From positions 6,449-70,448 of IMG/VR virus record IMGVR_UViG_3300031938_000002: a DNA stretch of 64,000 nucleotides, one strand, 5' to 3'. A model generated the notes under the pieces. The model had not been told where the DNA came from. It saw only the letters and a list, made by a program, of their open reading frames with translations, and searched no databases. Shown in pieces: positions 55,345 to 64,000 of the stretch (position 1 is the first letter of the stretch; every line of letters begins with the position of its first letter). The translations under genes and the position numbers were made by a program. The DNA comes from a virus. Taxonomy: Duplodnaviria; Caudoviricetes.

Positions 55345-58055
55345 TGCTGGGCTCCTGGGACGACCCGATCATCCTCGACGGCGCGTCGGGGTCCTACACG
55401 TTCGACTTCACCAGCGACATGTACAACGGGATCACCCCCAACGGGTACATGTACTTCAAGGTGAGCCTGGCGGACACCAGGACCGCCTACACCTTCACCA
55501 TCCCCAGCGACGGCACCCAGCTCACCGGCGTCTACCCCGGCCCCATTCAGGACGACGGCTTCCGGTTTGTGACCAGCTCCAATGTGGTGCGCAACTACCC
55601 CAACTACGCCGACACGGCGTGGTGGATCAAGCTGCGGCCGTGGAACTTCGCCACCTACACCGTGTCGTGGACGACCTCCACCACCCCGGACCGGCCGTAC
55701 ACGTTCGACCTGGCCCAGACGGTCGCCCTGGCCGCCGGCTCGGTGACGTACGACAACGAGGCCCCCGACCTGCGGTACCGCTGGTACCGCATCCCCATCC
55801 CCGACGGCGCCACCTACACGTTCACCTCCACCGAGGCGGACTGGTTCATCGAGGCGTACGACAAGGACCAGAACTACATCGACTACGGCGACAAGTCCGA
55901 GGGCCGCCCGCTGACGGTGACCGGCCAGGCGGGCAGCGACATCTGGGTGAAGGTGTACCCGTTCATCCAGCCACCGGAAACGGCCGTTCTCAACTGGGAG
56001 GCGCAGGCCCCGCCGCCGTACGTCGTCCCCAACAACGACTTCGCCACCCCCACCGTCATCAACGCCCGCGTGGCCGGCAACGTCAGCTACGACAACACCG
56101 GCGCCACCCAGGGCGCCGCGTCCAGCCAGCACACCGACGGGGCACGGTCCATCTGGTTCGAGCCAACCCCACCGGCGGCCACCTCCTACGTGCGTTTCGA
56201 GGCCACCCCGGGCATCACCGACCCCTCCGGCGCTCCCCGCGCCGACCTGTACGAGTGGGACCCCACCAGCTCCTACTGGAACAGCGTCAAGATGTCCGGC
56301 ACCGCCAACGCGGTCGCGGTGGGGCGGATGTCACCGGACAAGCAGTACCGGCTCGCGCTGTACTTCCCTGACGGCGCCCAGAACGTCTGGGACAGCACCG
56401 GCCAGCTCGGGTGGACGCTCAGCCCGGTGCCGACCAACTCCTCCCAGGACGGCGCCACCGTCGCCACCCAGAGCACCACCATCACCCCGGCGGCCGGCGG
56501 CGCCCAAGAGACCCAGTGGTTCACCGTGACGGCGCCCATCGACGGCGGCCTGTTCATCGTCCTGGGCTCCGAGAGCGGCCCGCCGACAGGGGCGACCGGG
56601 GCGGCCTGGTTGCTGCCGGAGACGGTCCCCACCTTCATCCCGTGGCGCAGCGCCAGCAACCCGACCGCGGCGTACGTCCGTGAGGTGCATGCCGGCGACA
56701 CCGTCCGGGTGCGGGTGGACCTGTCCGGCGGCGCCACGGTCAACCTGCGCTGGGGCGTCAGCGGCCAGGTGGTCTGGGGGGAGTGGCAAGACGCCAGCTT
56801 CCTGCGCGCCGGCACCGACACGGGCAGCCCGCTCGGGCAGCGCGCCTGGTTCGAGCAGTTCTACCCCTACGCGATCACCACCGAACTCAACGCCCTTGGG
56901 GACCAGGGCAGCGCCCGGTGGACCGCCTCCTGCGAAACCGCGGAGATGGAGTACACCGACCCCAGCGACCACGACTTCGCTGGCGCCCGCGCCCTGGTCG
57001 ACTCGGGGCAGGGGCAGAGGGCCGACCTGCCGCGCCCGCCGGGCAACGTCAACATGCTGGGTGGCGGCACCCCCACCACGTACTCCCTGAACGTGGACGA
57101 CCTGAGCTGGTCCGCCGTCACCGGGATTGGGTACGGCGGTCGGATGCAGCAAGGCCCCATCTACTGGACTGAGGGCGCCGGGATCGCCGGTGGCTCCTTC
57201 TCCCAGAACGAGGTTCACGTCGCCAACGCCGCATACGAGGTCTCCTTCTCCACTCGTGAGTACGCCGACGACTGGGGGCAGTGGGACGCGGACCGCCTGC
57301 CGGTCATCAAGCAGGGCACCCTCAACGGCCTGGTCACCCCCGAGGAGCTTGCCTCCGGCGGGGAAACCCTCATCAAGAGCCGGCTCAGGCAGCGCGCCGT
57401 CGAATGGCGGGACGGTGTCGGCACCAAGCAGGTGAACCTGTACCACCAGTACGGTGTCTCCTGGACCCGGTCCTCGGGCTCAAGCTGGGTCGGCACCGTG
57501 TCGCACGCGCCGGTGGACCCGTTCAGCCTGCAGGTGCGCCGCAGCTCGGCCACCCTGGCCGAGTTGGAGACGGGATGGCTGTCCCGGGGCGAGGTCGCGG
57601 CCATGCCCATCGAGTACGAGTACCAGGTGCCCGCTGACGGGGTCACCCAGAAGGGCTCGGAGCCGTTCACCGCGCAGTGGCAGGAATGGGCGCTGGACAC
57701 CGCGAACATCGAGTCGCTGCTGCCAGCCCTCGGCGGCGGTCCGTGGCAGATGACGTTCCTGGTCACCACCTCCCTGTTCGCCAACAACGACCCCATCGAC
57801 ACCTCGCGCATCCTGCAACGCTCCTACGAGCTGAACGGTGGCGGTATCGGCTCTCAGCCGTTCTGGGACCTGTCCGGCGCCGCGTTGATCTACTTCTCCC
57901 CGGCCGCGGTCTACCCGGACTACCGGATCGGCACCTACGTGGAGAACCTGGACCCGATTGACCCGGGCGCGGACCTGTACCCGGGCAAGTTCCTCAACCC
58001 CACCTCGCGGCTGGATGGTGCGCCGAACGGGTTGGACGTGAACTTCTCCGGCTGA
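55344..58055 (+). CDS. minor tail / receptor-binding protein (903 aa)
   Basis: Repeated beta-sandwich-like units (YFKVSL, WYRIPI, PNNDF..P, SIWF, QWFTVT). Confidence 0.7.
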   Translation: MLGSWDDPIILDGASGSYTFDFTSDMYNGITPNGYMYFKVSLADTRTAYTFTIPSDGTQLTGVYPGPIQDDGFRFVTSSNVVRNYPNYADTAWWIKLRPWNFATYTVSWTTSTTPDRPYTFDLAQTVALAAGSVTYDNEAPDLRYRWYRIPIPDGATYTFTSTEADWFIEAYDKDQNYIDYGDKSEGRPLTVTGQAGSDIWVKVYPFIQPPETAVLNWEAQAPPPYVVPNNDFATPTVINARVAGNVSYDNTGATQGAASSQHTDGARSIWFEPTPPAATSYVRFEATPGITDPSGAPRADLYEWDPTSSYWNSVKMSGTANAVAVGRMSPDKQYRLALYFPDGAQNVWDSTGQLGWTLSPVPTNSSQDGATVATQSTTITPAAGGAQETQWFTVTAPIDGGLFIVLGSESGPPTGATGAAWLLPETVPTFIPWRSASNPTAAYVREVHAGDTVRVRVDLSGGATVNLRWGVSGQVVWGEWQDASFLRAGTDTGSPLGQRAWFEQFYPYAITTELNALGDQGSARWTASCETAEMEYTDPSDHDFAGARALVDSGQGQRADLPRPPGNVNMLGGGTPTTYSLNVDDLSWSAVTGIGYGGRMQQGPIYWTEGAGIAGGSFSQNEVHVANAAYEVSFSTREYADDWGQWDADRLPVIKQGTLNGLVTPEELASGGETLIKSRLRQRAVEWRDGVGTKQVNLYHQYGVSWTRSSGSSWVGTVSHAPVDPFSLQVRRSSATLAELETGWLSRGEVAAMPIEYEYQVPADGVTQKGSEPFTAQWQEWALDTANIESLLPALGGGPWQMTFLVTTSLFANNDPIDTSRILQRSYELNGGGIGSQPFWDLSGAALIYFSPAAVYPDYRIGTYVENLDPIDPGADLYPGKFLNPTSRLDGAPNGLDVNFSG

Positions 58056-58071
58056 GCCGACAACCCCGACC

Positions 58072-58638
58072 GTGGGCTACCTGGACATCGCCGCTGCCGA
58101 AGTCGGCTATGTCGAGACCCCCGACAACATCACCAAGTACTGGGCGGACCTGGCGCCGGGGTTGCAGGGCCAGCCGTGGTGCTTCGCGTTCGTGTCGTGG
58201 TGCCTGAAGAAGGACGGCGACCTGAGCGCCATCGGCGGCTCCCCGTTGTACTACTGCCCAACGGGCGTTGCCATCGCCCGCCAGCGGGGTGAGTGGTTCA
58301 GCGAGCCGGTCGCTGGGGCGCTGGCCTTGTACAGCTTCGGGCAGAACGCGGCTGTGCACGTCGAGTTCGTGGAGTCCGTCACCCCCAGCGGCATCATCGC
58401 CATTGGTGGCAACACGTCCTCCGGCCTGGGAGGGTCCCAGACCAACGGTGGCGGGGTGTATCGGCGCTCACGTTCCAGCGGCTTCATGGGGTTCTGGCAC
58501 ATTGCCGGCTCGGGTGGCTCGGGGACGTACACGCCAGGTCGGGCGGCCCGACCCGGGACAGTCGGAGGCGTGCCGGTGCAGACCATCAAGGGGTCAGTGG
58601 CAGGCGACCCTGCCGTGCGCTTCGTTCGCGCCCGCTGA
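58072..58638 (+). CDS. CHAP-domain endolysin without a recognisable binding domain
   Basis: QPWCFAFVSW, HVEFVE, IGGNTS; first gene of the lysis cassette. Confidence 0.88.
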   Translation: MGYLDIAAAEVGYVETPDNITKYWADLAPGLQGQPWCFAFVSWCLKKDGDLSAIGGSPLYYCPTGVAIARQRGEWFSEPVAGALALYSFGQNAAVHVEFVESVTPSGIIAIGGNTSSGLGGSQTNGGGVYRRSRSSGFMGFWHIAGSGGSGTYTPGRAARPGTVGGVPVQTIKGSVAGDPAVRFVRAR

Positions 58639-58650
58639 ACCCGATACAGG

Positions 58651-59098
58651 GTGCATGGGAACCAGCCTGCAGATTCATCCACGGGTGGCCCAGTGGGTGA
58701 TCCAGGCCCTCGCGCGGCTCCTGGCCACGTTCGCACTCGTGCAGGGGGTCGGCATCTTCCTGGGCGGCCCGCAGCGTTGGCAGTCGCCGGGTCTGGCGGT
58801 GGCGATGATGGTGCCGGGCGCGCCGGCCACCTGGGGCGTCATCCTGGCGGTGCTGGGGGCGATCACCCTGCTGGGAACCGTCAAGGCTCGCCACCGCCTG
58901 GTCGCCAACGGCCTGATGGGCATCGCCACCTGGTGCACGTTCTTCACCTTCAGCCTGCTGCTGACCCTGCTGCGCGACGCCCGGGTCAGCACAACGGGCG
59001 TTCCCACCTACCTGTTCGTCACCGTCACCTGCTGCTGCGTCGCCATCGCATACCGGCAATCCGTGGCCTACCAGCGCCAGCTTCGCAGGGTCACATGA
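58651..59098 (+). CDS. membrane protein (4 TM), lysis cassette
   Basis: Four hydrophobic segments. Confidence 0.7.
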
Positions 59099-59529
59099 TT
59101 CCCACCTACCGGCGCCTGAGTGACCGGCACCCATACGAGATTTACCTTCTCGTGTGGGTGCTTGTCGCAACCCTCCCGGCCGCGCTGGGTCTGACGGAGG
59201 TCCCGGGGACCATCGCCCACATGCTCGACCCGTGGGCTGCGCGGGTGTGGGCCGTCGGTCTGACCATGGGTGCCCTGATCGCCTTGATCGGGCTCGGCTG
59301 GAGGCGGCCCCCGTTCCCCAAGCTGTCGGTGACCGGGCTGGTGTTGGAACAGGTCGGCCTGGTCACCCTGGGCGCCACCACGCTGTTCTACACGTTCGCC
59401 GCTGCCATCAACGTGGGCACTGGGGCGCTGCCGGTGCTGGGTGTGGTGCTGGGCGTTGGCACCGCCTCCTTCGCGCAGGCGGCCAAGATTCAACGCGTGC
59501 TCAACCTGGCAGAGAGGCGGCGTCACTGA
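59095..59529 (+). CDS. membrane protein (4 TM), lysis cassette
   Basis: Four hydrophobic segments; ATGA overlap. Confidence 0.7.
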   Translation: MIPTYRRLSDRHPYEIYLLVWVLVATLPAALGLTEVPGTIAHMLDPWAARVWAVGLTMGALIALIGLGWRRPPFPKLSVTGLVLEQVGLVTLGATTLFYTFAAAINVGTGALPVLGVVLGVGTASFAQAAKIQRVLNLAERRRH

Positions 59530-59909
59530 TGATGGATACCGCGGTCATCATTCAACTGCTGGGTTCCGCCACGGTCGCGGCCGTCATCGGCGCCGTCATC
59601 AACGGGATCGTCAATCGCAAGAAGCTGGGTGCGGAGGCCACCGAAATCATCACCAAGGCGGCCTCCGGGGTGGTCGCGGACCTGCGGGCCGACAACGAGC
59701 GTTTGCGCCACCGCCTCACTCAGCTCGAGGAGACCCAGGACGAGTGGGAGCTGGAGCGCGAGGAGTGGAAGCGGGTCCTGCAGGTGCACGCCGCCTGGGA
59801 CTTGATGGCCACCGCCGCGGTTAAGGCTGCCATCCCGCCGATTGACCTGCCGCCACCACCGCCGTTGACCCCGCCCGTGGTGAAGCGGCGTCATCACGTT
59901 TCCGAGTAG
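59529..59909 (+). CDS. membrane-anchored coiled-coil protein
   Basis: N-terminal TM, then LRADNERLRHRLTQLEE. Confidence 0.7.
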   Translation: MMDTAVIIQLLGSATVAAVIGAVINGIVNRKKLGAEATEIITKAASGVVADLRADNERLRHRLTQLEETQDEWELEREEWKRVLQVHAAWDLMATAAVKAAIPPIDLPPPPPLTPPVVKRRHHVSE

Positions 59910-59917
59910 GAGTGCCC

Positions 59918-60226
59918 ATGTCCATTGACCTGATCCTGGTCAACCTGGCGGTCGGTGTTGTGCTGCCGATCCTGGTTCAGCTCGTCGCCAAGGCGAAGGC
60001 CAGCGCCGCCGTCAAGTCCCTGCTCTCGCTGCTGCTGGCGGCCGTGGCCAGCGTCCTGACCCCGCTGCTGGTGGTCGACCACATCGACTGGCGCACCGTG
60101 GGCCTTTCTCTGGCTCAGGTGTTCGTGATGACCATCGCGTCTCACTACGGACTGCTCAAGCCATTGAATGTCACTGGCTCGCAGGGAACGATTGCCGAGG
60201 CCGTTCCCGGGGGAGTTGGAAAGTAA
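59918..60226 (+). CDS. holin-like protein
   Basis: AGGAG RBS; 3-4 TM, 102 aa; last gene of the cassette. Confidence 0.7.
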   Translation: MSIDLILVNLAVGVVLPILVQLVAKAKASAAVKSLLSLLLAAVASVLTPLLVVDHIDWRTVGLSLAQVFVMTIASHYGLLKPLNVTGSQGTIAEAVPGGVGK

Positions 60227-60302
60227 ATACCACAATGGGGGTCACAATCTGATATTGGGCATGTACTGTGCCTGATGCATGGTCGCATCACGCGAACACG
60301 CC

Positions 60303-60337
60303 GCGGCCCCCCGAGTCTTCCGGTCTCGGGGGGCCGC
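60303..60337. terminator. Terminator after the lysis cassette
   Basis: 13-bp stem GCGGCCCCCCGAG/CTCGGGGGGCCGC. Confidence 0.75.
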
Positions 60338-60705
60338 TCCTGTGTGCGCGGACTGCGCCGTGCACGAGACGTGACAGTACCACCCATCCGGACGCAAACG
60401 GGCGTTGCTGCGGGTCTCAATCGGTTGCCATCGGTTGCCAAACCATGCGTCAACGCATATCCCCGAACGGCTTGCCGGCTGTCAGACCCGTGGGCTAACG
60501 TCTGCACCCAGTCCACACAAGTGGAACCAAGAACAACCGCATAGGTCAGGCGACTGACCGAACCGAAGCCGTGGCAAGAGCCAGGCTAGGGATCGTTCCC
60601 CGGCAGGTCCGTGGGAAGTAGGCGATCAATCGAACCGCCAGAGGGCAACCTCTGACACTGGTTCGGTTGGTCGCCTTTTTCTATGCCCCGTCCGGAAGCG
60701 GTGGC

Positions 60706-61572
60706 ATGCAAGTCAGACAGTCAGACCTGGCGTCGTACGCCCGGTGTGCACAGCAGAAGAAGCTGGGTGACCTAGCGAAGGCCGGCGCGCTCGACAAGCG
60801 CCCCGAGCAGCTCTCGATGACCGCCTACGGGTCGGTGCTGCACTACGCGATCCACGTTCTGGAGAAGTTGCGGTTCGCCGGCCGCGAGGACGCGCTGGCC
60901 AAGGCCCACTCCACGTTCGAGTACTACTGGGACCCGGACAACATCCACCAGGTCTGCGAGCCCGTCACCATCTGGGCGGCCCGACAGACCTACCTGGGGC
61001 TGCAGCGCAAGGGCCACCAGACCATCGACCTGTACGCCAAGCACCTGGACGGCGACCAGTCGAAACTGCTGGGGCTGGAGGTCGAGTTCAACCTGCCGTT
61101 CGAGCTGGACGGCGAGCAGCACATCTTCCACGGCACCATGGACCGGCTGTCGCTGCGCAAGACCAGCGGCTCCACGTACGTCAACGTGGAGGACTTCAAG
61201 TCTGGCCAGGACTACAAGCACCTGCGCTGGAACGCGCAGTTCTCCGGCTACTGCTGGGCCACCACGCAACGAGCGTTCTGGGACCCGTGGGGTGACGACG
61301 CGGAGAGCCTGCACACCCGGTTCTCCACCCTGGCCCGGCGCGGCACCTGGATCAGCCTGCGCAACGGCGTGGACCGCCAGGACGCCGGCTGGCGCGGTCC
61401 GCAGGACTACGCCCGGTTCTGGGCGTGCGTGCGCGAGTACGTCAAGGCCGTCAAGGCGGACATCTACCCGCTGTCGCTGAAGGGCGACGTGTGCGAGTAC
61501 TGCCCGTTCCGCGAAGGCATCTGCGGGGGAGTGGCTGTGCCCGACCCCGACCACGGACGGCCCGCCGCATGA
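60706..61572 (+). CDS. PD-(D/E)XK exonuclease, RecB/AddB/Cas4-like
   Basis: GLEVEF, GTMDRL, VEDFKSG, QFSGY; Fe-S-type cysteines ARC and CEYCPFREGIC. Confidence 0.88.
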   Translation: MQVRQSDLASYARCAQQKKLGDLAKAGALDKRPEQLSMTAYGSVLHYAIHVLEKLRFAGREDALAKAHSTFEYYWDPDNIHQVCEPVTIWAARQTYLGLQRKGHQTIDLYAKHLDGDQSKLLGLEVEFNLPFELDGEQHIFHGTMDRLSLRKTSGSTYVNVEDFKSGQDYKHLRWNAQFSGYCWATTQRAFWDPWGDDAESLHTRFSTLARRGTWISLRNGVDRQDAGWRGPQDYARFWACVREYVKAVKADIYPLSLKGDVCEYCPFREGICGGVAVPDPDHGRPAA

Positions 61573-61919
61573 GCGCCATGGCGAGCCCTTGGTGGATGCG
61601 GGCCTTGTGCGCCGAGGTCGGTCCGGAGGTGTTCTTCCCCGAGGCGGAGGGGGACCGGGCCGCCGCGCTGCGGCTGTGCCGGTTCTGCCCGGTCCAGAAG
61701 GAGTGCTTCGAGGACCTGATCCCGGATGAGGCGGGCCGCACCCGAGCCAACCTCACCGGCATACGCGCCGGCCTCACCCCGCACGAGCGGCACCGGCTGC
61801 TGTCCAAGGTGTGCCCCCACTGCCGCGGCCCACGGGACCGGCAGAGGTTCCGCCACTGCAGCAAGTGCGCCCACCTCGACTCACACCTCAACGACCCCAT
61901 GACCGGAGCCTTGCTATGA
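61569..61919 (+). CDS. whiB: WhiB-family regulator with an extra C-terminal Cys cluster
   Basis: ALCAEVGPEVFFP, CRFCPVQKEC, GIRAGLTPHER; then CPHC...CSKC. Confidence 0.85.
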   Translation: MSAMASPWWMRALCAEVGPEVFFPEAEGDRAAALRLCRFCPVQKECFEDLIPDEAGRTRANLTGIRAGLTPHERHRLLSKVCPHCRGPRDRQRFRHCSKCAHLDSHLNDPMTGALL

Positions 61920-62194
61920 GCTTTGCCGCGTACACCATCCTCGTCGTCGCCACCACCTGGCTGGCCACCCGGGCCTGGTACCTGTTCGACGTCTACCGGG
62001 TCAGCCGGGGCATGCACCGCGAGGTCCGGCACCACTGCGACGACCCGGCCAACTGCCCGGCCGAGGTGGTGCTGGCCGACCTGCAGGCCACCTACTCCAA
62101 GGCGAAGGCGGAGCTGGGCCTGACGCTGGGCGTCTTTGCCCTCGCCGTCGTCGCGGCAACGTCCGTTGCCATCGTCGCCTGGGGGACGCCGTGA
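61916..62194 (+). CDS. membrane protein (92 aa)
   Basis: Two TM segments; ATGA overlap. Confidence 0.6.
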   Translation: MSFAAYTILVVATTWLATRAWYLFDVYRVSRGMHREVRHHCDDPANCPAEVVLADLQATYSKAKAELGLTLGVFALAVVAATSVAIVAWGTP

Positions 62195-62391
62195 AGCGCC
62201 TGGGCCAGGCCGCGCTGGCGTTCGACCTGGGTGTGCTGACCGGGTTCGCCCTGGCGATGGCGTGGCTCGACGTGCGCGGCAAGAAGCCGCCGCCCCCGCC
62301 GCCGCCGGCTCGCGCTCCGGAACCGTTCTGGGCTGTCCGGCCCGATGAGTCGATCCCCCCTTTCACCATCAACACAGGAGATTCCGCGTGA
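62191..62391 (+). CDS. small membrane protein (66 aa)
   Basis: One TM plus a poly-Pro stretch. Confidence 0.55.
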   Translation: MKRLGQAALAFDLGVLTGFALAMAWLDVRGKKPPPPPPPARAPEPFWAVRPDESIPPFTINTGDSA

Positions 62392-63770
62392 CCCTCGTCA
62401 TCCGCACCACCGGCCTGGAGGACTACCTCGACAGCGGCACTGGCCGCATCAAGGCCCTCATCATGGGAGCCCCCGGCTCCGGCAAGACCCGCTCCTCCTC
62501 GTACTGGCCCAAGCCGCTGCTGGCCGACTGTGAGGACGGCCGCATGTCCGTGGCGGACCGGCACATCCCGTACGCCGCCATCACCAGCACCGCCGACATG
62601 AAGGCGCTGCTGGACATGGCCGAGGCGGAGGGGAAGAAGCCCAAGGACCAGCGCCGGTTCGAGACCCTCGTGGTGGACACCCTGGACGCCTACCAGCGCA
62701 TCGTCATCCAGGACTACCTGCGCCGGGCGAAGAAGGCGTCCATGTCGGGCTGGCAGGACTGGGGCCACCTCGAAGCGGAGATGAACGAGCTGATCGGCCG
62801 GCTCAACGGGCTGCCGATGAACGTGGTCATCAACCTGCACGTCAAGGACACCAAGGTCGGCGGCGACGACGACGGTGACGGCGGCTACCTGGTGAAGTCC
62901 CCGAAGCTGAAGGGCGACCTGAAGGACCAGATCGCCGCCGAGTTTGACCTGGTCGGGTACATGGAGACCGGCTGGGAAGCCATTGACGGCAAGCGCACCC
63001 TGGCTCGCTACGTGCAGTGGGAGCCCACCCCGGACAAGCCCATCCTGAAGGACCGCTCAGGGCGGCTGCCCAAGCGCACCTCCGTCACGTTCACCGAGCG
63101 GGACTACCTGGGGTTGCTGGAGCCGTTGCGCGAGGCCCTGGAGGCCCTGCAGGCGTCGTCGGTGCTGGACACCCTGGAGACCGAGGAGCCTGTCACCCCC
63201 GAGCCTGTGCAGAAGGGCGGGCCGGTAGGAACTGGCACCAAGTCGGCGCCAGTCAAGAAGGCTGCGACCAAGAAGGCCGAACCGCCCAAGGCGGCCCCGC
63301 CGGCCAAGCCCGCAGTGCCCGCGACCACCGCTCCGGTGCCCGCGGCCAAGGCCCCGGCCCCGCACGAGGACCCCATCACCGAGGGTGAGGCCGTCCACAA
63401 CGTCAAGACCATCCTGGGCGGCGAGGTCATCGACCCGACCACCGGCGAGCCCGTGGAAACGTCCGTTGACGCGCCCTCCCCTGCGGAGGCGCCCACTCAG
63501 GTCCTGGAGTTCGAGGCCGAAGGGGCGGCATCAGAGCCCACGCCGTCGCTCGTCGTCGCATGCGGCAGTCCTCGCACCGAAGGGGCCACCCCCAAGGCCC
63601 AGGGCTGCGGCACCGACCTGCACCTGCAGATCGAGGACGGCCGGGTCGCTGGCTGCACCTCACCCGAGGGGCAGATGCCCGACCTCATCCAGATCGCCGG
63701 GATGAAGACCAACACGTTCCTGTGCAACCACTGCTACGGGACCTACCGCAACGCATCGAAGAAGAACTAG
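62388..63770 (+). CDS. Sak4-like (AAA_24) recombination ATPase with a long C-terminal extension
   Basis: IMGAPGSGKT, LADCEDG, TLVVDTLD, WQDWG, INLHVK, FDLVGYM, LKDRSG. Confidence 0.85.
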   Translation: MTLVIRTTGLEDYLDSGTGRIKALIMGAPGSGKTRSSSYWPKPLLADCEDGRMSVADRHIPYAAITSTADMKALLDMAEAEGKKPKDQRRFETLVVDTLDAYQRIVIQDYLRRAKKASMSGWQDWGHLEAEMNELIGRLNGLPMNVVINLHVKDTKVGGDDDGDGGYLVKSPKLKGDLKDQIAAEFDLVGYMETGWEAIDGKRTLARYVQWEPTPDKPILKDRSGRLPKRTSVTFTERDYLGLLEPLREALEALQASSVLDTLETEEPVTPEPVQKGGPVGTGTKSAPVKKAATKKAEPPKAAPPAKPAVPATTAPVPAAKAPAPHEDPITEGEAVHNVKTILGGEVIDPTTGEPVETSVDAPSPAEAPTQVLEFEAEGAASEPTPSLVVACGSPRTEGATPKAQGCGTDLHLQIEDGRVAGCTSPEGQMPDLIQIAGMKTNTFLCNHCYGTYRNASKKN

Positions 63771-63782
63771 GAGAAGCATTCA

Positions 63783-64000
63783 ATGCCGAAAAGCACTGTC
63801 GCTGAGGAGTCCCCGTACCCCATCCCCGAGGACACCCTCGTCCCTCTGCGGCTGGAGTCGGTGGAGGCCGTCACCATCGACTACACGGTCAAGAAGGGAC
63901 CCAACGCCGGCAAGCCCGGCAAGTTCCACAAGTGGGAGTGGACCTTCAGCGTCTACGACGGCGAGTACGCCGGGCTGAACGTGCGTGGCAACTCTGAGCC
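63783..64000 (+). CDS. putative single-stranded DNA-binding protein (partial)
   Basis: Follows the Sak4-like gene; YPIPEDT..LRLESVE..KWEWTFSVYDGEYAG resembles phage OB-fold SSBs. Confidence 0.55.
   Translation, partial: MPKSTVAEESPYPIPEDTLVPLRLESVEAVTIDYTVKKGPNAGKPGKFHKWEWTFSVYDGEYAGLNVRGNSE

Larger units (their letters stand above)
658..63467. repeat. Dispersed spaced palindrome AACG-NN-CGTT, 49 perfect copies counted by eye
   Basis: Starts at 658, 1364, 2049, 3111, 4293, 4685, 5598, 6728, 8249, 9107, 9525, 10719, 12385, 12423, 12453, 12644, 13005, 13374, 15501, 17095, 19924, 22125, 22971, 24643, 27201, 28232, 30436, 31502, 34758, 36138, 36979, 37440, 39588, 40538, 42123, 43029, 50014, 50218, 51163, 52451, 54070, 55979, 58260, 58993, 59694, 60397, 61268, 62158, 63458. 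Confidence 0.95.

Noticed and set aside
47330-58055. Diversity-generating retroelement or invertible tail-fibre cassette
   Set aside because: No reverse transcriptase, no TR/VR pair differing at adenines, and no invertase or flanking inverted repeats seen in this window.
60706-61572. Cas4 as part of a CRISPR system
   Set aside because: Context (WhiB, Sak4, SSB) is a phage recombination module; no cas1/cas2 or array.
658-63467. Calling AACGNNCGTT a host SOS (Cheo) box, or the actinobacterial parS
   Set aside because: SOS boxes need the outer G..C (GAAC-N4-GTTC), which most copies lack, whereas the inner G..C is invariant here. Chromosomal parS (GTTTCACGTGAAAC) does not match.

Overview
The window is a 64-kb piece of a GC-rich (about 70% by eye) temperate actinobacteriophage genome, siphovirus-type and apparently in its free/excised form because attP is intact. 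No host genes, rRNA, complete tRNA or CRISPR array were seen. Layout: (1-10 kb) leftward arm with a RavA/MoxR-like AAA ATPase, ATP-dependent ligase, Ku, DnaN-like clamp, C5 DNA methyltransferase and many small ORFs. (10-12.3 kb) divergence zone rich in repeats and hairpins plus a compositionally odd Ala-rich ORF; this probably contains the physical genome ends. (12.3-24 kb) regulator-rich region with BldC-like, two Lsr2-like, XRE, ParB-like, LexA-DBD-only, two Xis, RuvC, a second MTase-like gene, and a tyrosine integrase with an attP matching a tRNA-Leu 3' end. (24.5-58 kb) packaging, head, tail and baseplate genes. (58-60 kb) lysis. (60.7-64 kb) RecB/Cas4-like nuclease, WhiB, Sak4-like ATPase and an SSB-like gene. 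The most striking unexplained signal is the spaced palindrome AACG-N2-CGTT. I counted 49 perfect copies by eye against roughly 0.5 expected from base composition. They are spread about one per gene, mostly inside coding sequence, where they are written with otherwise rare codons. All protein calls come from motif recognition by eye; no database searches were run.
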